This document shows positions 25,215-33,942 of a stretch of DNA of 53,571 nt, in pieces. A program made the position numbers and the translations under genes. The notes beneath the pieces were generated by a model. It was not told the DNA's origin, did not search any database, and saw only the letters and a program-made list of their open reading frames with translations. Source of the stretch: a virus (lineage: Duplodnaviria; Caudoviricetes); IMG/VR virus record IMGVR_UViG_3300012816_000027, positions 1-53,571 of that record; one strand, written 5' to 3'. How positions within the stretch are numbered: position 1 is the first letter of the stretch; every line of letters starts with the position of its first letter.

Positions 25215-27709
25215 TATCGTCCTCCAATCATCGAAAAGTCCGGTGCGCGATCCGGTGCGCCGGTGCCAGGTTTCCACCAATAATCCTGCCCCCAGTCCTT
25301 GCGCGCGCGCTGCTGCATACGCGACAGGTAGCCCGGCGACAGGTTCTCTTGCAGGGCATGCAGGCCAGCATGGTCCAGTGCCGCCTTCGCATACCACAGG
25401 TTCACATACGGAAGATGGGATCGGGCCAGGGTCAGCGCTTCCGCACCGGCATGCGTCTCCTTGCCCGCCGCCGCCTTGTCGATATTCCCCTTGATCACCT
25501 TCAGGCCTAGGTCTGCCGCCGCGCCCACCGTTGGTCCTGCCAGGCCGCTGATGGTCTTGGATGCATACTGCCCTGCCTCTTCCGTGGAATCAGCCAACAG
25601 GATATCCCCCATGATGGACAGCACACCCCCTTGCGCGATGGCCTTCAGCCAGAACTTGCCAGTGGTCATGTCAGCCGGGTCTTTGCCGGCGGTGATCTGC
25701 TTGGTCTGGTAGGCAATGGCACCAAGCACACCCAAGGATGCGAACAGCGCGCCGGCATAGGCCACACGATTAGCGGCGATAGGCGCGCCCTCCAGGCCCT
25801 GCGGCGTCTCCATCATGCGACGCCAATGCCGCGATACCATGGCGATGGGGAAGCTCTTGAACTGCATGACCGAACGGGCGAGCTCGCCGCGCACGGTCCC
25901 GCGCTGCTCACCGCCGCCACTGGACATGGTGCGCGTGGCCAGGTCAGGATTGAGCACGGCATATTCCGATTCGTCCGTGATCATGCCCAGAACCTTGGCC
26001 ACCACACGATCAGCCTCCGGCGATCCGCTGGCCCGGATGGCTTCCGGCGTCAGGAACTCAGCGCCACGGTGGACGGTGAGCTGGGCCTGCTGCATCACGG
26101 CCCAGTCGGCATCGGTGATGCCCTTGCTGGTCATGCGCCATCGGTCGTATTCCGAGAGGTTCGCCCAGTCCGTTTTGCTCAGCTTGGCCAGGCCGTTCAT
26201 CATGGTCATGGAGAAGCTGCGGCGCAGGGTGTCCGTCCAGGCATTCATCAGCGACAGTTTCATGGTGCTGTTGGCGATGCGGCCAGACCAGTTGTTCTTG
26301 ATGTTGTCGCCGCTCCAGCGGTTCAGGTCGGAAACCATCGTCTCCGCGATGATGCCGTGCATGGTCAGGAAGTCTCGGGTCTCGCTGCTGGCCTGCGCGG
26401 CGATGTTCTTGAGCGCGTCCCAGTAGGACAGCTTGTTGAAGCCGGTGGTGACGAAGTGCGTCCCCAGGTCGGTGATGCTGGTGAGCACTGCGCCCTGCAG
26501 CTTGCCGAAGGTCTGGATGTTGCGCAGGTCCTGGCCTATCTGGGCGATGTTGCCATTGTCGGCCATGCCAGTCTTGCCGCTGACCACATCCCAGTAGGAC
26601 TGCGGGCGCAGGCCGAACGAGCGCTTGATACCGTTATCAGCCTTCTCGGCCAGGTCGAACTGCAGGCGCATCTGCTGCTCAGGGTTCGGGCCGTACCGTT
26701 CGACCAGCCCGATATCCCGCGACATGCCGCCGACGTGACCCAGCATGGCGTCGTACATGCTGCCGCCGCCGTACTGGCTCAGATAGGTGAGATAGGCATC
26801 GGCATCACGGAAATGGATTTGCCGACTCTCCGCGCCCGAGTTCGCGCGCGCGCCACGCCCGCCGCCCTGCCCAGGCTCGATCTTGTTGATGCCGCCACTG
26901 GCCAAGGTCTCCCATGCCTTACTCAGCAGTGCCGATACCTGCGCATCGCTCATCAGGCTGCCGTCCTCCAGCACGTACTGCCGACGGTCCAGCAGCGGCA
27001 TGGTCTTCTGCACCCAGTCTGCCTGGGCAGCTTGGTCGCCCTTCCCGCGCACGCGCCCCTGATCGTGCGGCTGGGGCAAGTACCCATAGTCCAGCCTGCC
27101 CACGTCGCCACCGGCAGCATTGAAGCGCTGGCGCATGCCCTCGATGGCATCCAGCCAGGCCCGTGCGCCCTGCTGCGCCAGCTGGTTGCCGGTGACGCCA
27201 GATGCGTTGTTGAAGATTTCGCGCGCCAGGTCACGGCTCATGGTGGGATTCTCGGCATCGAACAGAAGCATTAGCCCCTGGCGGCCAATGCCAGCGCCCT
27301 GCTTGCTGGTGGCCGCATCCATCAGATCGACCAGCCGCGCCATGTTCTCCCGTTTGATCCCCTCGATATACAGGCTGGTCTGGTCCAGCTCATGCACCAA
27401 GGCCCGGCTGCGCCCGGTGGCGTAGTTGGCCACGAGGTCGCCCACGCGGGTCTCCATCGCAGCGGTGCGCAGAATCTGCAACTGAGCGCGCTGCACCTTG
27501 AGCGCGGCAGCGGCCTGGATATCCTGCATGCCGGCGGTGGCGGCCTCCAGCACGCGCTGGTCGGCTGACTTGGCGGCCCAGCCGTTCGGGTCTTGCCGTG
27601 CCAGCCGACGCATGTTGGCGCTCATGGCGTCATCGATCTTCTGGATTTCGCTATCGGTCAGCGCGCGGCCAGCGGCCTGCTGCACTGCTTGTCTGCATCG
27701 TGGGTGCAT
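25214..27709 (-). CDS. Large internal virion (ejection) protein
   Basis: 831 aa helical protein with YLPQ.HD and QFKSFP motifs, last gene of the core-protein cluster. Confidence 0.7.
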   Translation of the reverse strand: MHPRCRQAVQQAAGRALTDSEIQKIDDAMSANMRRLARQDPNGWAAKSADQRVLEAATAGMQDIQAAAALKVQRAQLQILRTAAMETRVGDLVANYATGRSRALVHELDQTSLYIEGIKRENMARLVDLMDAATSKQGAGIGRQGLMLLFDAENPTMSRDLAREIFNNASGVTGNQLAQQGARAWLDAIEGMRQRFNAAGGDVGRLDYGYLPQPHDQGRVRGKGDQAAQADWVQKTMPLLDRRQYVLEDGSLMSDAQVSALLSKAWETLASGGINKIEPGQGGGRGARANSGAESRQIHFRDADAYLTYLSQYGGGSMYDAMLGHVGGMSRDIGLVERYGPNPEQQMRLQFDLAEKADNGIKRSFGLRPQSYWDVVSGKTGMADNGNIAQIGQDLRNIQTFGKLQGAVLTSITDLGTHFVTTGFNKLSYWDALKNIAAQASSETRDFLTMHGIIAETMVSDLNRWSGDNIKNNWSGRIANSTMKLSLMNAWTDTLRRSFSMTMMNGLAKLSKTDWANLSEYDRWRMTSKGITDADWAVMQQAQLTVHRGAEFLTPEAIRASGSPEADRVVAKVLGMITDESEYAVLNPDLATRTMSSGGGEQRGTVRGELARSVMQFKSFPIAMVSRHWRRMMETPQGLEGAPIAANRVAYAGALFASLGVLGAIAYQTKQITAGKDPADMTTGKFWLKAIAQGGVLSIMGDILLADSTEEAGQYASKTISGLAGPTVGAAADLGLKVIKGNIDKAAAGKETHAGAEALTLARSHLPYVNLWYAKAALDHAGLHALQENLSPGYLSRMQQRARKDWGQDYWWKPGTGAPDRAPDFSMIGGR

Positions 27710-27721
27710 GTTTTCCTCTCG

Positions 27722-30037
27722 TTAAGAATTGCGCAGGAAGCATTCGGCGGCCACCTGGAGCAGGCCAGCATCCTTGGCCTCGGCGGCGGCCTCTTCCTTC
27801 ACCTTGGCCAGCGCTTCGGCCAGCGGCATGGGGCGGTCCATGCCTTCCAGCTGCACTACCATGTCCGGCGATAGGCGGGCAATCTCGGCGGTCTGGCTGT
27901 CCAGAACTGCGGCAGCTGCACCTGCCTGGCCGCTCGAGTCGGCAGCCGGCTTTCCACCTTCAGCCGCTTGCGGTGCGGCTTTTGGGGATGCTGGTAAATT
28001 TTCAGGCGCAGGTGTACCACCAGATTTACCGCCCTCGGCGGCGCCAGATTTGGCACTTTCCGGCGCGCGGGCGGCCGGAATCTCGCCCAGCGCCTGCTTC
28101 ACGGCCAGCGCGCTGCGCTTGGGCGTCGGCGCATTGATGGCCGCGCGCTGCTCTCGAACCTGCGCGATCTGCTGGTCCAGCTGCGCGATATGCTCATTGG
28201 CGCGGGTCGCCTCGGCATTGCGGTCGATCTGCTGCTGCAGGGAGTCGATGCGCTGATTGACCTCGGCGGCGCGGCTGTTCAGCTCCTTGGTAGCCGTGGC
28301 CAGCGCCTGCTTGTAGCTGCCGCCCTCGGCCTGAATCTCCTTGGCGCGTGCGCGCAGTGCGGCGTCGTCGGTGGCTGGGATGGCCTGGCGCAGGCTGGCG
28401 ATCTCGTCACGCATGGCGCGGATAGCGCCAGGCTCGGCCACGTTTCCAGCATCCTCCAGCAAGGTGGCGCGCATCGTCTCCATCTTGGTGCCGAAGTCGT
28501 CCAGCAGACGGGCCTGGGCCAGGTTGTCGAGGTTCAGGGTATCGCTGACTGCCACCCGCTCACCAGCGCCCAGCTGGTCAGCCGCCCGGGCAAAGGCGGC
28601 AAGGTGCTGCTCCGCGCCGACGATATCAGCCGGATCTTTCAGGTTCCAGGAATTGACGGTGTCGCGGATCAGGCTGACGCGGGCGGCGGCCACGGCTTCC
28701 GGATCAGCGGCGGCAGCCCGGCCAGCAGCATCACCCTGGCGCTCGGCAATGAACCGATCTGTGCGCTCCAGGTAACCCCGCGTCTCTGCCGACGGCGGTG
28801 CCTTGCCCGCGCGAACGGCCTCCCCCGCCTTGGTGCCGCCGTTGTAGTGCGCCAGCGCGGCGCGCCAGTCGCCCCCGTACTGCTTGCCCAGGTCAGCCAG
28901 AAAGGCTGCGCCAGCATCGATGGAGGCAACGGGGTCGCGCACGTCGCCCTTGCCGTACTGCGTCCAGGTGGAATCCATGAACTGCATGATGCCCTTGGCA
29001 CCCACCGGCGAGGTGGCGGCGCTGCTGCTGGAGCGCTCACCGGCATTCTTCGCGGCCAACAGAACTTCCGGCGGCACTCCGGCGCGCTGCGCCGCCGTGA
29101 CGGCATAGGCATCCAGCCGGGCATCGTCGTAGCGCAGTGCCTGGCGCTCGTTCATGCCCATCTGCACCAGCTCGCGGGAGGCAGCAGCGTCCATCGGTGC
29201 AGCCGCCGGGCGCGCGCCGCGCATGCTGCGGGAGGCGTAGGCACCGAACCCAGCGGGAATCAGAGTGGAGACGGCCAGGCCTACCGGGTCGAAGGGGTCA
29301 TACTGCTCCGCGATCTTGTCGTAACCGGCGTTCTGGAGGATGGAGCGAGTAGCAGCCTGCTGAGCGATGAAGCCACCAGGGCCACCGGCAGCGATCAGGC
29401 CGACAGTCTGCCCGATGCTCTTGCCGGCCACCGGCAGCGCGGTGGCGAGTGCTGCAGCGCCACCGGCTACTGCGCCTGCCTTCGTCCGGGTCTGGAAATC
29501 CACGCCCTCGGCCTTCAACTTCTCGGCCTCCACGAAGGCCTCATCCGTGCCGGTGAGCACCGCACCGGGGATAGGCGTCCCCAGCACCGAGTAGGCAATG
29601 GCCTTGACGCCGAAGCGACCCAGGCCGAACAGGATGTTCTCAGCCACGTTGCTGGTGGAGGCATCCGGCATCATGGTGCGAGCAGTGGCGCGCAAGCCCG
29701 TGCCAGTCTGGCTGGTAAAGGCCGCTCCGGACTGCACATCTTCCCGTGCTTTCTGCCCCTCTGCTCCGGCCACGCGCTGCTGCATGTCACTGTCGAACAG
29801 CATGGCGGGGTCGGCCTGGATACCATAGCCCGCTTGCACCGATCCGAACGCGCCCAGCATGTCGGATCCGAATGCCGCAGACTCGGTGGCACCGGTGGCC
29901 ACACCCTTGGGCAGCGCCTTAGTGGTATTCCATAGGCTCAGGCCGAAAGACGGACGGGCGGGCGGCTCGGCCACCGGACGGGCCACGCGGTCATCCAGCA
30001 CCTTGTCGGTGCCGTCTTGGAACATGTTCTCGATCAT
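27722..30037 (-). CDS. Internal virion protein with SLT lytic transglycosylase domain
   Basis: GE.S..A.SPVGAKGIMQFM..T...ALAHYNGG SLT motifs. Confidence 0.82.
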   Translation of the reverse strand: MIENMFQDGTDKVLDDRVARPVAEPPARPSFGLSLWNTTKALPKGVATGATESAAFGSDMLGAFGSVQAGYGIQADPAMLFDSDMQQRVAGAEGQKAREDVQSGAAFTSQTGTGLRATARTMMPDASTSNVAENILFGLGRFGVKAIAYSVLGTPIPGAVLTGTDEAFVEAEKLKAEGVDFQTRTKAGAVAGGAAALATALPVAGKSIGQTVGLIAAGGPGGFIAQQAATRSILQNAGYDKIAEQYDPFDPVGLAVSTLIPAGFGAYASRSMRGARPAAAPMDAAASRELVQMGMNERQALRYDDARLDAYAVTAAQRAGVPPEVLLAAKNAGERSSSSAATSPVGAKGIMQFMDSTWTQYGKGDVRDPVASIDAGAAFLADLGKQYGGDWRAALAHYNGGTKAGEAVRAGKAPPSAETRGYLERTDRFIAERQGDAAGRAAAADPEAVAAARVSLIRDTVNSWNLKDPADIVGAEQHLAAFARAADQLGAGERVAVSDTLNLDNLAQARLLDDFGTKMETMRATLLEDAGNVAEPGAIRAMRDEIASLRQAIPATDDAALRARAKEIQAEGGSYKQALATATKELNSRAAEVNQRIDSLQQQIDRNAEATRANEHIAQLDQQIAQVREQRAAINAPTPKRSALAVKQALGEIPAARAPESAKSGAAEGGKSGGTPAPENLPASPKAAPQAAEGGKPAADSSGQAGAAAAVLDSQTAEIARLSPDMVVQLEGMDRPMPLAEALAKVKEEAAAEAKDAGLLQVAAECFLRNS

Positions 30038-32028
30038 GGGGCGATCCTGATGGTGATGCGCTGGCCCTGGCTATTCGTCACCAGCGTGCCGCCGGCCTTG
30101 ACGTTGTAGCGGCCCTGGCCGGCGCTGATGAGGGCGGCATTCGGGAGCTGCTTGATGAAGTCGGCAACCTCGATAGGCTGGCGGCCCGCATAAACCTTGT
30201 CCGTGGTCTGGGACGCGATATCCGCCGGCGTGATGGCCTTTAGGCGCTTGTCGAAATCGCCTTCTTCCATGCCGCGCGGCAGCGGAACCTTTACGCCGTT
30301 GCGCTCCACGATGCTGCCGACGGTCAGGCGAAGTGCGCGCGCTGGGTCGGAGCTGCCGCCATCGGCCACGATCCCGGCATTGATCAGGTATGCGGAATCG
30401 ATCACCTGCTGGCGCACCTCTTGGTTGGGGAATGCATCGCCCACCAGGTTGGCGATGCTGCCGCGCCAGCCGGTCTCCTTGGCCGTGTCCATCATGATGG
30501 CCTTGTCGCGAATGGCGCGGTCGCCACGCAGGAGCAGTTCGCTGCTGTACCGGCCCTGGGTGGTGCGGTCCCCGGCCAGCATCATGGCCAGGCCCAGGAT
30601 GTTGTCCTTGTCGTGCATCTGCTTGGCCATAGCCGCAAGGCGGTCGGCATCCGGGACGATGGTCCCGATGGTGGCCAGAGCGCTGGACTGCTGGTCAGGC
30701 GGCAGCATGCGGACCACGCGGGCAATCTGCGCGGCCTCGTCGGGCTGGAGCGGCGACACCTTCCGGCCTGCCGCGATCTCGACCTGGCCGATCTGGCTCA
30801 TGCGCTGCGCCAGCACCTGCTGGGCGTCCTGGATGTTGTTCAGTTGGATGGTGGGCGCGTCCTTGATCACGCCACGCTCTTGGGCGGCCTGCCAGGGGTT
30901 ATCGGAATATGCCTTCTCGCTGGCAGTCAGGATGCTCTTGAACTGCTCGGTAACCTTCTGATCCTGCGGGGTGACGCCAATGGAAGGATCGGAGCCCGCT
31001 GCGTTCATGCGCTCCACCGTGGCGCGCATCTGCGGCAGCGGCAGCGAAGCGAAGCCAGCCACCTTGCTCTGCGACTTCACCAACTCCTGCGCCTGCTTGG
31101 CCATCTTTGTGCCGGCGGTCGTCTCAGCCAGATCATTGATGGCCTCGATGGACAGGTAGCGGCCTTTGCTCACCAGGTCGAATACCGTGTTGTAGGCGTC
31201 CACGGCCTTGTTCTCGCGCGCATCCTGCTCCCGCTGCGCGCGGTCAGCCTCGCGCTGGGTGGCAGCGTCGATGCCGTTCAGGTAACCGTAGGCCTTGGTG
31301 ACGAGCGCCGTGCGCTTGGCCGGGTCGATAACCTCGCCATCCGGCCCCTGGATCTTCTCCAAAGCGGCCTGAACCAGCCCCTTATCGCCGGACTGGGCTG
31401 CGCCCTCCAGCGTGGCGTTAGCGAAGTTGAAGGATGCGTTCTCCTTGAATCCCTGCTTGGCCTTCGCGATCTGGATTGAGTTCCATCCGGCCTTTGGCCC
31501 CATCGTCTCCACCAAGCTGTCGTACTGGCCGATGGACCCTGGCAGGTCGCGCATGGCCTGCCGCTGCAACGTCTCGCCAGTGTCGAGGATTTGCGCACCG
31601 ATATCGGATTCCGTCTTCTTGATCGCCACGCCCTGCAAGCTGCGCGACATGCTGCCCATGGTGGTGGTTATGTGGGAATCAATCGTCTCTTGCTGGAAAG
31701 GATTCAGGCCTTCCGTGCGGGCCTTTCGTGCGTCGGCAGCACGCGCATTGAAGGCGTCCATAGCGTTCTCGGGCTTGATGACGCCACCAGCAATGTCCTT
31801 GGCCACCGAGTCATGGATATCGTGCAGGTCGTTGTTGAGGCTGGCCAGCGAGGAAACCGCCTGCATTCGCTGCTTCTGTTCATCGACTGCCTGGAAGGTG
31901 GCGGCCAGCTGCTGGCCCGCCCGCGCGACGTTTTGCAGACCCTGGTTTTCCGCCTGAGCAGGTGCGAGCTGCGCGGCCTGCTGGGGCTGGGCGATGGCGT
32001 TGCCGAAATTACCGAGTTGGATTTGCAT
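30034..32028 (-). CDS. Internal virion protein
   Basis: 664 aa Ala/Gln-rich helical protein in the T7 gp15-like position. Confidence 0.65.
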   Translation of the reverse strand: MQIQLGNFGNAIAQPQQAAQLAPAQAENQGLQNVARAGQQLAATFQAVDEQKQRMQAVSSLASLNNDLHDIHDSVAKDIAGGVIKPENAMDAFNARAADARKARTEGLNPFQQETIDSHITTTMGSMSRSLQGVAIKKTESDIGAQILDTGETLQRQAMRDLPGSIGQYDSLVETMGPKAGWNSIQIAKAKQGFKENASFNFANATLEGAAQSGDKGLVQAALEKIQGPDGEVIDPAKRTALVTKAYGYLNGIDAATQREADRAQREQDARENKAVDAYNTVFDLVSKGRYLSIEAINDLAETTAGTKMAKQAQELVKSQSKVAGFASLPLPQMRATVERMNAAGSDPSIGVTPQDQKVTEQFKSILTASEKAYSDNPWQAAQERGVIKDAPTIQLNNIQDAQQVLAQRMSQIGQVEIAAGRKVSPLQPDEAAQIARVVRMLPPDQQSSALATIGTIVPDADRLAAMAKQMHDKDNILGLAMMLAGDRTTQGRYSSELLLRGDRAIRDKAIMMDTAKETGWRGSIANLVGDAFPNQEVRQQVIDSAYLINAGIVADGGSSDPARALRLTVGSIVERNGVKVPLPRGMEEGDFDKRLKAITPADIASQTTDKVYAGRQPIEVADFIKQLPNAALISAGQGRYNVKAGGTLVTNSQGQRITIRIAP

Positions 32029-32040
32029 GTTGTCTGCTCC

Positions 32041-32574
32041 TTATCGGATGCTCAAGGCGTTGGAAGGGGCGGTCACGCCGGTGCCAAGGCCGCTGGAACC
32101 GGCACCATTCGTGCCGGACCAGCCTTTCCCGATGGTCGCGGCAGCACTCAACACCGTCGCGCCCGCGTTCAGATACCCCCCGGTCAGCGCATCGCCGGCG
32201 GCGCTGGATAGCGATGCCGCGCTGGTGTTCAGCGAGCTGGAGCGGCGCGAACCGGTCAGCAGCGCGGTCTGTGCATCGTTTTCGGCATTCAGGTCGATGG
32301 TGTCATTGATCGTGACGGCAGTACCCTCGCCCACCGCCACGCCTGAGCCGGCGAGTTGGGAGCGCGCAGCGGCCTGTTGTTGGCTGGCGGCCTTGCGGAT
32401 CTTCTCGGCCTGGGCCACGGCAGCGTCCTTCTCATAGGCGGCCTGGTTAGATTCCTGCTGGGCCTGCGCTTCCAACTGTCGGGATTGGGCCTTGCCGGAC
32501 TGGATCGCGGCATAAGCGCCAACTGCGGCAGTGGCGGCCAGCGCCACGGTGGTTGCGGAAATTCCTCCGGACAT
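32041..32574 (-). CDS. Internal virion protein (T7 gp14-like position)
   Basis: Ala/Gly-rich with hydrophobic ends and an A.SGV...GT motif. Confidence 0.68.
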   Translation of the reverse strand: MSGGISATTVALAATAAVGAYAAIQSGKAQSRQLEAQAQQESNQAAYEKDAAVAQAEKIRKAASQQQAAARSQLAGSGVAVGEGTAVTINDTIDLNAENDAQTALLTGSRRSSSLNTSAASLSSAAGDALTGGYLNAGATVLSAAATIGKGWSGTNGAGSSGLGTGVTAPSNALSIR

Positions 32575-32577
32575 GAG

Positions 32578-33042
32578 TCATTCTCCTGTGATGATGTTGG
32601 TGGTGAATTCGGGATCTCGGTGCGACATCAGCATTTCCGTGTCGTCCGTGAATTCGGCCTCGGCATCCTCTACGGTGCTGGCCTGGGTGGCGAAACTCAT
32701 GACAATGCTGGTTTCGCGGTGCGTCATGAACACCTGCTTGCGACCGGCGCTGGCGGGCATGATGCCGAAGCCGGTGATCCGGACCTTGTCGCCCTGGCCG
32801 CGCACCACCTCGACGTCGCCGCTGATGGTCAGGACGGTGGCAATCTTCACCAGCGCGCCGGTCAGCACCACGCCAGCAGGGATCGTGATCATTCGGGTGA
32901 ACAGGCCGGCGTGAAGGATATTCACGGTGCGGATGGGTATCTGCGGCAGCTCCAGCATGCGCTGCTCGAATGTGGCCACGGCATCAATGGCCTGCGGCGG
33001 CATGGCCGGGATGCTTGGGCTATGGGTACGAATTCCGGTCAT
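32578..33042 (-). CDS. Cupin-like hypothetical phage protein
   Basis: HAGLFTRMITIPAGVVLTG...ISGDV...ASAGRKQ beta-strand pattern. Confidence 0.55.
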   Translation of the reverse strand: MTGIRTHSPSIPAMPPQAIDAVATFEQRMLELPQIPIRTVNILHAGLFTRMITIPAGVVLTGALVKIATVLTISGDVEVVRGQGDKVRITGFGIMPASAGRKQVFMTHRETSIVMSFATQASTVEDAEAEFTDDTEMLMSHRDPEFTTNIITGE

Positions 33043-33497
33043 GTCAGCCCCTTGAAGAAGACATGCGAGGCATCGCGATAGCCGACGCCGGGCAGCACCT
33101 GCGCCAGTTGGCCATCCAGTGGCGCGCTTGCCATCAGCCCGACTGCGCCAGCTTCACGGGCCAATCCCTCCGCCGCGCGCAACAGGCGCAAGCCAGCCCC
33201 GGTACTGCGATGCTCGCTGGCCACGAAGAAGGATTCGCTGACAGCCACGCAGCGCCCGAAGTGCGGCAGCACCGGCGTGAGCACCAGCATGAAGCCGATC
33301 AGCCGTCCATCGGCCAGGCGCGCGGACAGCGCATGCAGCAGGCCAGCCGATTCCATACCCAGATAGGTGGCGAACTGCGGATTGATAGGCCCGATCTCAT
33401 GGTTTGCCGATTCCGCACCGTATTCAGCCAGCAGCACCGGAAGCTCTGGCGCGTCGATGATTTCTGCCAGGTGGCAGCGCTTGATCTCAATTCCCAA
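33039..33497 (-). CDS. GNAT acetyltransferase 2
   Basis: SESFFVASEHRSTGAGLRLL acetyl-CoA motif A; TTG start with GGAGG RBS. Confidence 0.78.
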   Translation of the reverse strand: MGIEIKRCHLAEIIDAPELPVLLAEYGAESANHEIGPINPQFATYLGMESAGLLHALSARLADGRLIGFMLVLTPVLPHFGRCVAVSESFFVASEHRSTGAGLRLLRAAEGLAREAGAVGLMASAPLDGQLAQVLPGVGYRDASHVFFKGLT

Positions 33498-33942
33498 AGT
33501 AGGCCTCCAGTCCAACAGCGCAGCGGACGAAGCCGAAGCCCTCGTACAGCTTCGCCACGCATTCATCATCCACACCGGTAGATGCGCCGGCATATGCCCA
33601 CGACGCGCCTACCAGGCGCGCCCACTCCTTGAAGCTGTTGACCAGCCTGGCGGCTGCCCGGCTTCCGCGATGCTCTGGACGCACGTAGAAGCTGATTTCC
33701 TCGACCACCAGGTCCGTGCTGCACCAGGCGAACTGCGCCACCGCAGCAATGGCACCCACGATCTCGCCGCCCCGCTCAGCCATCAGCACCAGGCCGCGCG
33801 GCGACTCGATCAAGGCAATCAGCATGGCCTCCACCTTGGTCTCGCTGTAATTCAGTCGGCTCCAGCGCGGGCTTTCTTCGTGCATAGCCCGGCCCATGGC
33901 CAGCAGCACCGGCATGTCATCAAGGGTTGCAGGTCTGATCAT
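33487..33942 (-). CDS. GNAT acetyltransferase 1
   Basis: MIRPATLDD, FYVRPEHRGS, KLYEGFGF motifs. Confidence 0.85.
   Translation of the reverse strand: MIRPATLDDMPVLLAMGRAMHEESPRWSRLNYSETKVEAMLIALIESPRGLVLMAERGGEIVGAIAAVAQFAWCSTDLVVEEISFYVRPEHRGSRAAARLVNSFKEWARLVGASWAYAGASTGVDDECVAKLYEGFGFVRCAVGLEAYFGN

Noticed and set aside
23579-31479. Long plus-strand ORFs (23579-25033, 25631-27274, 28190-29935, 30421-31479)
   Set aside because: Antisense shadows of GC-rich virion genes with no motifs or RBS
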